From: Octopus sinensis
Taxonomy: Eukaryota
Assembly: GCF_006345805.1 (NCBI RefSeq)
Contig: NC_042997.1
Span: 107,260,001 to 107,324,000 of the forward strand
DNA length: 64,000 nucleotides
Reading direction: 5' to 3'
Part shown: positions 49,784 to 61,085 of the stretch, one piece after another
Layout: each line of letters starts with the position of its first letter
How positions within the stretch are numbered: the stretch's first letter is position 1
Program-made: the position numbers and the translations under genes
Notes under the pieces: model-generated
Seen by the model: the letters and a program-made list of their open reading frames with translations, nothing else
Told to the model about the DNA's origin: nothing
Databases searched by the model: none

Positions 49784-50329
49784 TCAAAAATTTCTCTCTC
49801 CGAACCCTAAAGGAAGGAGATAGTTACGTCGTAATTCAGATGTTGGTAACTTATTATATGTGACTGTATCTTTCTGGTTAAAGTTAAAATGACTTTTGTG
49901 GAAATAAGCAGTTGTTGTCAACACTTCTGCTTCGTGGTCTTTGTAGGCAGCTATGAAATTAGTGGAGAATTCTTCATGGCGAATTGTTAGTTTGTTAGTA
50001 ACCCACTCACGTTTTACATCAGATACAAGCAAGGTATGCCGTGATGTTCGAGTCTTTTTCATCAACTGCTTGGCTGTGTCCAGAACTTTACTGAAACGAT
50101 CTGGTCCTTTCTCTGGTGTCAACAGAGTAACATTAAAACCAGTTCCTTTATTCCTTATCATTAGTAAATATATGCTGAACAGGCGTTCTGGGTCAATCTG
50201 TGGTGTCACAATATAAACAGTGGCACCAACTCCAAACCAATCATCCAGCAGACATTTCCAAAGTTGTAAGATAAAATCATGACTCATGATGCCACCACCT
50301 TCTGGAATCATATCAATGAATTCTTGAAC
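49784..50329 (-). CDS. Last coding exon of an uncharacterised gene; putative PLD/nuclease-superfamily fold with a degenerate HKD motif
   Basis: Acceptor ttgttttgtccattttag| in frame (VQEFIDMIPEGG...), 181 open codons to TGA. Protein-like, non-repetitive composition. Fragments YIVTP, FSTNFIAAY and EVLTTTAYF follow the PLD secondary-structure order. Confidence 0.75.
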   Translation of the reverse strand, partial: VQEFIDMIPEGGGIMSHDFILQLWKCLLDDWFGVGATVYIVTPQIDPERLFSIYLLMIRNKGTGFNVTLLTPEKGPDRFSKVLDTAKQLMKKTRTSRHTLLVSDVKREWVTNKLTIRHEEFSTNFIAAYKDHEAEVLTTTAYFHKSHFNFNQKDTVTYNKLPTSELRRNYLLPLGFGERNF

Positions 50330-51089
50330 CTAAAATGGACAAAACAAGAGAAAATAAGATCAGTTACAAGTTTTGTTAATAATCTCAAAAGTCAATGATC
50401 CAAATATACTTAAAATTTCTCTCACTGATTTTGATCATATTCTAAAAGACTAAAATTTGTTTTATCTGCAAATTCTGTTATCAATGTTTTTGGTTTTACA
50501 GTTATTTCACACAATTTGCTGGAAGGAAAAGTTATTATAGACTTTAGACAGGTTTTAAAATAATCTCTAGCTAGGATTTGCATACTCCATGCGATTACAC
50601 ATTAAATTCACTTTAGATATCTCATAACTGCAATCACTAGTAAAATTTCTTGGTCATGGCTTGGCTTCATGAATGAAGATTAGGAAGGTTGTCCACGTTG
50701 TCTGCAGGCATGCTCATGACTGACAAATATATTCCATAACACTTGAAGATGGAGTATGTCACATCGTCACAGAACAGACTGAACTATCAACCAAAGCCAG
50801 TTATAAGTTACTGTTGTTGAGTGTAACTCCACTCTATTCTCTTTCTTTAAAGCAAACAATATTTCATCTGGAGTTTCAGTTAATTCTCTACAAAAACCCC
50901 ACCCCACCCCACTAAGGAGTAATATTTCTATATTTGAAAATACTCTGGTGTTTAGTAATGTGGGCATTCAGAAGAAAACTGTTTTGTTGTACGGTCTAGA
51001 TGTTGTTGTGTCCTGTCTTTTATTTTAAGACACTGTTTGTTAACTGTGATATTGTCAATGTATCTGGAGACAAAGAAGAAGATATCAAC

Positions 51090-51482
51090 AGATACCATGG
51101 TTTGGGTGATATGACATGGTTTGCGAAGACCTTTGACCGATGCCAGTGTCGTGTAACTGGCACCCATGCCGGTGGTATGTAAAAAGCACACTTTGAACGT
51201 TGGGCCGCACAGAGGGAGTGACAAGTAACTGAGGCCTTCGGCAATATACTGTTCTTGAGGAGACCTTTCATGCCAAGTGAGATCATAGTTGTAGCTGATG
51301 CTGGTGTTACATAACTGACACCCATGCCAGTGGCACATACACTCTTGGAGTGGTTGGCATTAGGAAGAGCATCCAACCATAGAAACCACGTGAAATCAAA
51401 TTGGAACCTGGTACAGTTCCCCAGCTGCCAGTCAAACCATCCAAGTCATGCCAGCATGGGAAACAGATGTTAAATGATGATG
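51090..51482 (+). mobile_element. RTE 3' UTR/tail fragment
   Basis: gccggtggtatgtaaaaagcac...gagtggttggcattagg...catgggaaacagatgttaaatgatgatga. Confidence 0.75.
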
Positions 51483-51689
51483 ATCTGGACTGTATTAGGT
51501 GTTCAAAGATGAAGTGAGCTTGACCGTTTCCCTGATGTTACCAGAGTCCTGTCATCTTTCCCACTTATCAAAAGAACCACAATATTAAATGAGAAAAGTA
51601 TATCAAAGAATGAAGGATGGGTCAGACAGCTTCTTAGGAATAAAATATGAAAAGATTAGATATTATCATTAAAATAATCCTTGGTACCT

Positions 51690-51910
51690 CAAAATTAAAT
51701 ATTGGTTTCAAATTTTGGCACAAGGCCAGGAAGTTTGGGGGAGGGGAAACAATTACATCACCCATCCAGTGTTCAACTGGTACTTATTTCATTAACCTCA
51801 AACAGATGAAAGACAAAGTCAACTTTGGTGGCATTTGAACTCACAAAGTAAAGATGGGTGGAATGCTGCTAAGCAGGTTGCCCCGTGCGCTAACAGTTCT
51901 GCCAGTTTGG
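51690..51910 (+). mobile_element. SINE body fragment
   Basis: ctggtacttatttcatt...gatgaaagacaaagtcaactttggtggcatttgaactc, a typical metazoan SINE central/3' domain. Confidence 0.6.
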
Positions 51911-53749
51911 TGCTTTACCTCAGAATCAAATATTAGAGAAATATAAACCTTTCTAAGAGGCTTAAAAATTAAAAGATTATAAATAGGATTTTAAATAAAT
52001 TGGGAAATAAAACTATATTTAAGTAATCAAAATTTTAAAAATTAGAATATAAAAATTCTGTAAATGTAAATTACATCACCTTCAAACCAACAAATACTCA
52101 ACAATAAACATCTTTAACAACCTTCTGTTTATAAGTTGAAACTCACCTAAACAATTTTAACCCCAGAAAAATAGCTGACTGGAGATAGCCAAGCCTTTGA
52201 TATTGGTTTTGTTTGATATTTTGGTATTAAAAAAACTAAGTTGGTATTAAAAAAACTAAGTTGGTAGAAGTATTCCCACTGCGGTACATATATGTGCATT
52301 GTTTGATGGCAGTCAAGGGTTTCTTTATTTTTTGTTAAGAAGTTTGTAATGCAAGAGGCACGGCCATTGAGGATCAGTAAACTCCTAGGAAGAAATTTAC
52401 CAATTTTGGATACTTCAATGGCATTATTTAAGGATTGCAGTGACAGTAGGCAGTTGGTACAAAGTCATTTACAGTGCCAACTCCGAGAACTGGGGAGATA
52501 TGGGAGGTAACAGACGTCATAATAGTTGTTCTGGCTTTTAACCTTCTGTCATTCAAATATGTTAGAGTTAAGGTTATTGCCTCTACTAGAGGGTGGGGTG
52601 GAAGTAGGGAAGCAGTGTATATGAAAGTGTTTGCAGGTGGGGGGGGGGCGTAAAAAAAGCATTATGAGCATTGTGGGCGTAAGCATTACTGATGCTGCAG
52701 ATATAAATATAAAAAAAAAGAGAGAGGGGTAAGTGGGCTGCTATCTGGTTTAGTTAGTCCAGAGATGGGGGAAAGAAAGGAGAGGGTGGCAAGATTACCA
52801 ATATGAGAGGGGGAAGGGCAACTGGATGTCCTGGTAAGAGAAAGAGATTTCCAGTATTGGTGGGAAAGGGTGGGTGCAACCATAGACATGAAAAAGCCAT
52901 TTTAAGGGGTAGAGCAAACAAGAAAGAATTATTTTAGAGTATGAAATTATTTAGAGTATGAAATATGTATTTACATGTAGCCAAGAAACAAAGTTACTCA
53001 TAGCAGCGGCAGACCAAACAAAAATTATTTTAGAGAATAGATGAGTTTGAATGAATGAGGCAGTTAAAAAACCAGAGAAATTCTGAGCTGTGCATATTTT
53101 CGAGTGTCTTAGTGCTATGAGTGAGACCAGAGGTCAAACGTGTCATGACATTATAATGAGAGGACAATATATCGTACAATATTAAAACAACAATAATAGT
53201 GTTTTTATGGCAGGGTAGCTTTAACTGTAACACTATAAGAGTCATGACCATCACTACATATTGTTAAGAGCTTCTCTTTAATGAGATAGAATTTGTCTTC
53301 AGGCCTGCAGTACATGTAGTATTGGAAATGATGAAATCATTTATTCAAACTAACCAAGTTAATCTGTTCACATCTTTGCCTCATTCCTTTAAAATCAGGA
53401 GTGAAACAGTTATAAACCTATGGGAATATAATTGGATTTAGAGATTTCAGATTCGATTCTGTCGATTCTGATTGGATCGTTTTGGATATCGAGCAATTGT
53501 TTTACAGCTGGTCTTGAACTTTGTGAAGTAAAAATTCTATTTTCGCTGAAATTTTTGGAACTAAGAACTGTGTGTCATATTTAAAAGAATAAAAAAAAGT
53601 TATCCAGTACTCTGTGTGTGTGTGTTTTTTTTTTGTTGGTATTTTTTTGTTTCACAAAAGATTGAGTTAAGTGTTGACTAATTTTGTTAAAGCACACTTA
53701 ATGAGATGGAAACAGAAGACACTTTAACTGTTTCCAACACTAAATTTTC

Positions 53750-54130
53750 AGTGGGGGTGGGCATAACGTGTTCGCAAGATGGATGCTGTTTTTAACACTT
53801 CCATAGCAAGAGGAATAGCAGAAAGTAAGTCGTTTGCCAATATTCTAGTGTGAGATGAGAAATGTGTTCAAATGGATGATAGGCTTGCATTTAGTGACTC
53901 GGAGAAGAAAGACGCATGGAAGTGACACTCTGAAAGGTTATTAAATGGGGGGAGGGGAGTCTTGCAAATATCAAACCAATTGAGGGACCAGCCATCAGAG
54001 TTGATAGCAGTATAATACGGCAATTAAGGACATGACGACTGAGAAAGCCCCCGGACTATCAGATATCACTGCCAAGGTGATTAAAATATCATGCACAATG
54101 AGATACAGCTTATTCACTCACATAGTTAAT
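53750..54130 (+). mobile_element. RTE fragment (pre-RT region)
   Basis: Reads KKDAW...PIEGPAIRVD...TEKAPGLSDITA. Confidence 0.7.
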
Positions 54131-54218
54131 CAGGTTATATATATAATGCATATAATATATATATATGTAATGTGTATGTGTGTATATATAAGAATCTATT
54201 ATGTATATATATAATGTG

Positions 54219-54697
54219 TATATAATCCGAACGTGGCCGTTGCCAGCACTGCTCCGACGGGCCTCCGTGCCGGTGGCGCGTAAAAAAGCACCATCCGATC
54301 GTGACCATTGCCAGCCTCGCCTGGCCCCCGTGCTAGTGGCACATAAAAAGCACCATCCGACCGTGGCTGTTTGCCAGCCCCATCTGGCACCAGTGCCGGT
54401 GGCACATAAAAAGCACCATCCGATTGTGACCATTGCCAGCCTCGCCTGGCCCCCGTGTCGGTGGCACATAAAAAGCACTATCCGACCGTGGCCATTTGCC
54501 AGCCCCGTCTGGCACCTGTGCCGGTGGCACGTAAAAAGCACCCACTACACTCATGGAGTGGTTGGCGTTAGGAACGGCATCCAGCCGTAGAAACATTGCC
54601 AGATCAGACTGGGCCTGGTGCAGCCTTCAGGCTTCCCAGACCCCATTTGAACTGTCCAACGCATGCTAGCATGGAAAGCGGATGCTAAATGACGATG
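54219..54697 (+). mobile_element. RTE 3' UTR/tail with about 5 tandem copies of a ~62-bp unit
   Basis: Repeated ggtggcacataaaaagcaccatccga..cgtggcc unit, then the standard tail. Confidence 0.85.
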
Positions 54698-55057
54698 AAA
54701 TATATATATATATACATATAAAAGGGATGACCTGTAAGTGGACATCCATTATGCTAGAAGATCCACTATGCCCTTACCACTAAGAAAGGAATGTTCTCAA
54801 GAAAAATTTAGCAAATGCCCAGAATCTAAGAGAGGAAGACAAATGAAAAGATACAAAATAGAGATTAATCACAAACCAGGTTTTGTTAACGCTTACATAA
54901 TCATTTACGTAATTATCCACAACTCATCAGTGTGATCGTCTTTGCAAATATAATTTGCAGAACTATACACAAGATGTCCACATGAGATTGAACATGTATA
55001 CAGTTCTACCAATTACAATTGGGGTCACTTTTCAAGTCTTCATTTTGGCATGCTAAA

Positions 55058-55094
<37 letters not shown>

Positions 55095-55115
55095 GCATAT
55101 ACTATATATGTAAGC

Positions 55116-56732
55116 ATGAAGACAGGGAAAGCCCCAGGCCCATCAGGAATTACTGCAGAGATGCTCAAAATATCTGGTAGTGTCGGCTATAGCATAGTCA
55201 CCCGTATAGTTAACCAGGTGATACACGAAGGAGTCATACCCAATGACTGGTGTAGCAGCATAATAGTCAACTGCTACAAAGGTAAAGGCGATGCCCTAGA
55301 TACAAATAACTACAGGGGCATCAAGCTGTTGGATCAGGTAATGAAGGTTACGGAGAGGGTTATAGCCCAGTTAATTAGAGAGAGAGTTAGCTTAGATGAT
55401 ATGCAGTTTGGGTTCGTGCCAGGGAAAAGTACTACTGATGCTATATTCCTGGTAAGACAGCTGCAGGAGAAATACCTAGCCAAAGGTAAGCCCTTGTACC
55501 TGGCTTTTGTTGACTTAGAGAAAGCCTTTGACAGGGTCCCCCGATCCCTTATCTGGTGGTCAATGAGGAAACTAGGGATAGATGAATGGTTAGTGAGAGC
55601 TGTGCGAGCCATGTACAGAGACGCAGCTAGTAAGGTGAGGGTTGGCAACGAGTACAGTGAAGAATTCCGGGTAGAGGTTGGGGTCCACCAAGGTTCAGTC
55701 CTCAGCCCCCTCCTATTTATCATAGTCCTCCAGGCAATAACGGAAGAATTTAAGACAGGATGCCCCTGGGAGCTCCTATATGCTGATGACCTTGCTCTAA
55801 TTGCTGAGTCACTATCAGAACTGGAGGAGAAGTTTCAGGTGTGGAAACAAGGATTAGAATCGAAGGGGCTTAGAATCAACCTAGCCAAAACCAAAGTCCT
55901 AATAAGTAGGAAGGTGGACCAACCACAAACGACTTCAGGTAGATGGCCCTGCTCGATCTGTAAAAAAGGTGTAGGTAGAAACTCTATAAGGTGCACCAAG
56001 TGTAAGCTATGGACACATAAGAGGTGCAGCAATGTCAAAGGAAGGCTAACTAAGAAAATAGTTTTTGTCTGTGGCAGATGCTCAGGAGAAATAAACACTG
56101 GAAATGTGCAGAGTCCAACTTCTACCACGTTCCAGGGAGACAAACTAGAAGTAGTTGATAGCTTCCGCTACCTAGGAGACCAAGTCAGTAGCGGGGGTGG
56201 GTGTGCTGAAAGTGTAACTGCTAGAGTAAGAATAGCCTGGGCAAAGTTTAGAGAGCTCTTACCCCTGCTGGTGACAAAAGGTCTCTCGCTAAGAGTAAAA
56301 GGCAGACTATATGATGCGTGTGTACGTACAGCCATGCTACATGGTAGTGAAACATGGGCCGTGACAGCTGAGGATATGCGTAAGCTTGCAAGAAATGAAG
56401 CCAGTATGCTCCGATGGATGTGTAATGTCAGTGTTCATAATCGTCAGAGTGTAAGTACTTTGAGAGAAAAGTTGAACCTAAGAAGTGTCAGTTGTGGTGT
56501 GCAAGAGAGACGGCTGCGCTGGTATGGTCATGTGACGAGAATGGCTGAAGATAGTTGTGTGCAAAAGTGCTACAACCTAGCAGTTGAGGGAACCTGTGGA
56601 AGAGGTAGACCCAGGAAAACCTGGGACGAGGTGATGAAGCACGACCTTCGAACTTTAGGTCTCACCAAGGAAATGACTGAAGACCGAGTCCTATGGAAGT
56701 GTGCTGTGCATGAGAGGACCCGGCAGGACTAG
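55116..56732 (+). CDS. RTE reverse transcriptase ORF fragment (538 aa) with an internal PHD-type zinc finger
   Basis: KAPGPSG, QFGF, FVDLEKAFD, GVHQGSVLSP, LYADD, KTK and FRYLG motifs. C4HC3 pattern at 55950-56081. Confidence 0.92.
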   Translation: MKTGKAPGPSGITAEMLKISGSVGYSIVTRIVNQVIHEGVIPNDWCSSIIVNCYKGKGDALDTNNYRGIKLLDQVMKVTERVIAQLIRERVSLDDMQFGFVPGKSTTDAIFLVRQLQEKYLAKGKPLYLAFVDLEKAFDRVPRSLIWWSMRKLGIDEWLVRAVRAMYRDAASKVRVGNEYSEEFRVEVGVHQGSVLSPLLFIIVLQAITEEFKTGCPWELLYADDLALIAESLSELEEKFQVWKQGLESKGLRINLAKTKVLISRKVDQPQTTSGRWPCSICKKGVGRNSIRCTKCKLWTHKRCSNVKGRLTKKIVFVCGRCSGEINTGNVQSPTSTTFQGDKLEVVDSFRYLGDQVSSGGGCAESVTARVRIAWAKFRELLPLLVTKGLSLRVKGRLYDACVRTAMLHGSETWAVTAEDMRKLARNEASMLRWMCNVSVHNRQSVSTLREKLNLRSVSCGVQERRLRWYGHVTRMAEDSCVQKCYNLAVEGTCGRGRPRKTWDEVMKHDLRTLGLTKEMTEDRVLWKCAVHERTRQD

Positions 56733-59700
56733 TCAGGCCATATCCCGTGGCCCCTACCTGGGACGTAGTCGATCCACCTGTGCATACCTTCCTCCTTGTG
56801 ACACTTGTGAAGACCTGCTGAGGCAAGTGAAAATCAATCAAAATAGATGAACATCAATGGAATTTGTATCTTTGTGGTACCAGTGCCTGTGGCACACAAG
56901 AAATCCATCCGAACGTGGCCGTAGCCAGTACCGCATCGACTGGCCTCCGTGCTGTGGGAACATGGTGGCACATAAAAACACCATCCGAAGACCCGGCAAG
57001 ACTAGTCAGGTCATAACCCGTGGGCCCTACCTGGGACGTAGTCAGTCCACCTGTACATACCTTCCGACTTGTGAAGACCTGCTGAGGCAAGTGAAAATCA
57101 AATCAAATCAAAACAAATCAAAATAGATGAACATCAATGGAATTTGTATCCTTGTGGTACCAGTGCCAGTGGCACACAAGAATCCATCCGAACGTGGCTT
57201 TAGTCAGTACCGCTTGTGGTACCAGTGCCGGTGGCACACAAGAATCCATCCGAACATGGCCGTAGTCAGTACCGCTTGTGGTACCAGTGCCGGTGGCACA
57301 CAAGAATCCATCCGATCGTGGCCGTAGTCAGTACCGCATCACTGGCCATCGTGCTGTGGGCACATAACAAACACCATCCGGTCGTGGCCGTTCGCCAGCC
57401 TCATCTAGCACCTGTGTCGGTGGCACATAAAAAGTAGTCAGTACCGCTTGTGGTACCAGTGCCGGTGGCACACAAGAATCCATCCGAACATGGCTGTAGT
57501 CAGTACCGCATCACTGGCCATCGTGCTGTGGGCACATAACAAACACCATCCGGTCGTGGCCGTTCGCCAGCCTCATCTAGCACCTGTGTCGGTGGCACAT
57601 AAAAACACCTTCCGAAGACCCGGCAAGACTAGTCAGGCCATAAACCATGGCCCCTACCTGGGACGTAGTCAGTCCACCTGTGCATACCTTCCTCCTTGTG
57701 ATACTTGTGAAGGCCTGTTGAGGCAAGTGAAAATCAAAGGCCTGTTGAGGCAAGTGAAAATCAAAATCAAAATCAAATCAAAACTAATCAAAATAGATGA
57801 ACATCAATGGAATTTGTATCTTTGTGGTACCAGTGCCGGTGGCACACAAGAGAAAACCATCCGAAAGTGGCCGTAGCCAGTACCGCATCAACTGGCCTCC
57901 GTTCTGTGGGCACATGACAAACACCATCCGATCGTGGCCGTTCGCCAGCCTCATCTAGCACCTGTGTCGGTGGCACATAAAAACACCATCCGAAGACCCG
58001 GCAAGACTAGTCAGGCCATAACCCATGGCCCCTACCTGGGACGTAGTCAGTCCACCTGTGCACACCTTCCTTCTTGTGACACTTGTGAAGACCTGTTGAG
58101 GCAAGTGAAAATCAAATCAAAACAAATCAAAATAGATGAACATCAATGGAATCTGTATCTTTGTGGTACCAGTGCCGGTGGCACACATGAGAACCATCCG
58201 AACGTGGCCGTAGCCAGTTCCGCATCGACCGGCCTCCGTGCTGTGGGCACGTAACAAACACCATCCGATCATGGCCGTTCGCCAGCCTCATCTGGCACCT
58301 GTGTCGGTGGCACATAAAAACACCTTCCGAAGACCCGGCAAGACTAGTCAGTCCACCTGTGCATACCTTCCTTCCTTCTTGTGACACTTGTGAAGACCGG
58401 TTGAGGCAAGTGAAAATCAAATCAAAATAGACAAAATAGATGAACATCAATGGAATTTGTATCTTGTGGTACCAGTGCCTGTGGCACACAAGAAATCCAT
58501 CAGTGCCGTAGTCAGTGCGGTGGGCACGTGGCCGTTCGCCAGCCTCATCTAGCACCTGTGTCGGTGGCACATAAAAACACCATCCGAAGACCGGCAAGAC
58601 TAGTCAGGCCATAACCCATGGCCCCTACCTGGGACGTAGTCAGTCCACCTGTGCACACCTTCCTTCTTGTGACACTTGTGAAGACCTGTTGAGGCAAGTG
58701 AAAATCAAATCAAAACAAATCAAAATAGATGAACATCAATGGAATCTGTATCTTTGTGGTACCAGTGCCGGTGGCACACATGAGAACCATCCGAACGTGG
58801 CCGTAGCCAGTTCCGCATCGACCGGCCTCCGTGCTGTGGGCACGTAACAAACACCATCCGATCATGGCCGTTCGCCAGCCTCATCTGGCACCTGTGTCGG
58901 TGGCACATAAAAACACCTTCCGAAGACCCGGCAAGACTAGTCAGTCCACCTGTGCATACCTTCCTTCCTTCTTGTGACACTTGTGAAGACCGGTTGAGGC
59001 AAGTGAAAATCAAATCAAAATAGACAAAATAGATGAACATCAATGGAATTTGTATCTTGTGGTACCAGTGCCTGTGGCACACAAGAAATCCATCAGTGCC
59101 GTAGTCAGTGCGGTGGGCACGTGGCCGTTCGCCAGCCTCATCTAGCACCTGTGTCGGTGGCACATAAAAACACCTTCCGAAGACCCGGCAAGACTAGTCA
59201 GGCCATAACCCATGGCCCCTACCTGGGACGTAGTCAGTCCACCTGTGCATACCTTCCTTCTTGTGACACTTGTGAAGACCTGCTGAGGCAAGTGAAAATC
59301 AAATCAAAACAAATCAAAATAGATGAACATCAATGGAATTTGTATCTTTGTGGTACCAGTGATGGTGACACGTGGCACATAAGAAAACCATCCGAACGTG
59401 GCCGTAGCCAGTACCGCATCGACTGGCCTCCGTGCTGTGGGCACGTAACAAGCACCATCCGATCGTGGCCGTTTGCCAGCCTCATCTGGCACCTGTGTCG
59501 GTGGCACATAAAAACACCATCCGAGCGTGGCCGTCTGCCAGCCTCGTCTGGCACCTGTGTCGGTGGCACATAAAAAACACCATCCGAGCGTGGCCGTCTG
59601 CCAGCCTCGTCTGGCACCTGTGTCGGTGGCACATAAAAAACACCATCCGAGCGTGGCCGTCTGCCAGCCTCGTCTGGCACCTGTGTCGGTGGCACATAAA

Positions 59701-59760
59701 AAACACCATCCGAGCGTGGCCGTTTGTCAGCCTCGTCTGGCACCTGTGTCGGTGGCACAT
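56718..59760 (+). repeat. Complex tandem/higher-order repeat array derived from the LINE ORF end and 3' UTR
   Basis: Eight copies of gacc(c)ggca(a/g)gactagtcag, a 593-bp near-exact duplication (58127 vs 58720) and a 63-bp unit repeated about 4-5 times at 59460-59760. Confidence 0.92.
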
Positions 59761-59945
59761 AAAATCACCCACTACACTCTCGGAGTGGTTGGCGTTAGGA
59801 AGGGCATCCAGCTGTAGAAACACTGCCAGATCTGACTGGACTGGTGCAGCTTTCGGGCTCCCCAGACCCCAGTTGAACCGTCCAACCCATGCTAGCATGG
59901 AAAGCGGACGTTAAATGATGATGATGATGATGATGATGATGATAG

Positions 59946-60436
59946 GTTATGAGAGGTAATGGTATCAGTGAGACCCAAAAGTGTCAGGTAATGCTGAATA
60001 AATGCTATGGATAGACCATTGTTAAGTTCCAGATTCAGTGATTATGTGAATAAGGGGTCCAACTTAGGTCAAATATCAGCGTGCGTATATAAAAATTCTT
60101 TTCATAGTGAGATAAATAAAACCAAGGCTGTGTAGATTTTAGAAGATTTATAAATAGGTCTTACAGCTGTTTCTAGGATATTTATTATATCTTCATCAGA
60201 GACAGTGTGAGAGGATGGTTAAGCAATAGTTAATTTAGATAAGATACGAAATAGAGAGTGAAGTGGAAGAATGAATATAGATGTGAGATATGCAGAAATA
60301 TTGCATCTGTAGATCCATTATTTAGGCAGAATGGTATGCATATCAGATTCCAATACCTTATGAGTAAAATCCAACAGTATTTAAAATTGGTCATTCCAAG
60401 TATAGAGTTTATACACAGTATTATTGAATCAAGGGT
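59946..60436 (-). mobile_element. Penelope/retrozyme-like repeat, copy C
   Basis: Collinear with 24569-25060 and shares the same terminus. Contains the hammerhead below. Confidence 0.65.
60158..60203 (-). ncRNA. Minimal type I hammerhead ribozyme motif
   Basis: Minus strand GUCU-CUGAUGA-AGAUAUAAUAAAUAUCCUA-GAAA-CAGCUG-UA-AGAC: intact core, 4-bp stem I, palindromic stem III, GUA cleavage triplet. The base of stem II is irregular. Confidence 0.65.
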
Positions 60437-60489
60437 TTTATTTAAAGTGACCTAAAAGTAGGGAATGTATTAGTAAATGGAAGTAGAAA

Positions 60490-60722
60490 GCACTATCGGA
60501 ATGTGGTCGATGACAGGTCCTCTTGGCTGGCTCCTGTGCTAGTGGTATGTAAAAAGCACACACTACACTCTTGGAGTGGTTGGCATTAGGAAGGGCATCC
60601 AGCTGTAGAAACTCTGCCAGACCAGATTGGAGTGTGGTGTGTCCACTGGCTCCCCAGACCTCAGTCAAACCATTCAACCCATGCCAGCATGGAAAACGGA
60701 CATTAATCAATGATAATGATGA
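60490..60722 (+). mobile_element. RTE tail fragment
   Basis: Same tail family as 20985-21185. Confidence 0.8.
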
Positions 60723-60739
60723 TATATATTTCTCTTTTT

Positions 60740-61085
60740 CTCTTTTACTTGTTTCAGTCATTTGACTGCGGCCATGCTGGAGCACCGCCTTTAGTCGAGC
60801 AAATCGACCCCGGGACTTATTCTTTGTAAGCCCAGTACTTATTCTATCGGTCTCTTTTTGCCGAACCGCTAAGTGACGGGGACGTAAACACACCAGCATC
60901 GGTTGTCAAGCAATGCTATGGGGACAAACACAGACACACAAACACACATACATATATATATATACATATATACGACAGGCTTCTTTCAGTTTCCGTCTAC
61001 CAAATCCACTCACAAGGCATTGGTCAGCCCGGGGCTATAGCAGAAGACACTTGCCCAAGATGCCACGCAGTGGGACTGAACCCGA
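60740..61085 (-). mobile_element. Well-preserved tRNA-derived SINE (head truncated)
   Basis: B-box-like ggttcagtcccactgc on the minus strand, CpG-rich body and internal (CA)/(TA) repeats. Confidence 0.8.

Larger units (their letters stand above)
55110..59943 (+). mobile_element. Young 5'-truncated RTE LINE with a tandemly expanded 3' UTR
   Basis: Uninterrupted ORF 55116-56732, a 3.2-kb repetitive 3' UTR and a (GAT)n tail. No endonuclease domain and no TSD recognised. Confidence 0.95.

Noticed and set aside
52141-52146. Strong minus-strand donor (ag|gtgagt) as the upstream exon of the PLD-like gene
   Set aside because: The phase-0 codon before it is TAG, so it cannot be a coding join. A non-coding 5' UTR exon is not excluded.
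52221-52266. 20-bp tandem duplication ttggtattaaaaaaactaag
   Set aside because: Simple local slippage with no further structure.
53230-53560. Protein-like minus-strand stretches (RIDRIESEISKSN; PEDKFYLIKEKLL)
   Set aside because: They end in stops and have no phase-compatible donor; could not be supported as exons.
56733-59760. CRISPR-like appearance of the repeat array and its many short ORFs on both strands
   Set aside because: The context is eukaryotic, there are no unique spacers or cas genes, and the units derive from the LINE 3' UTR. The ORFs are by-products of GC-rich tandem repeats.
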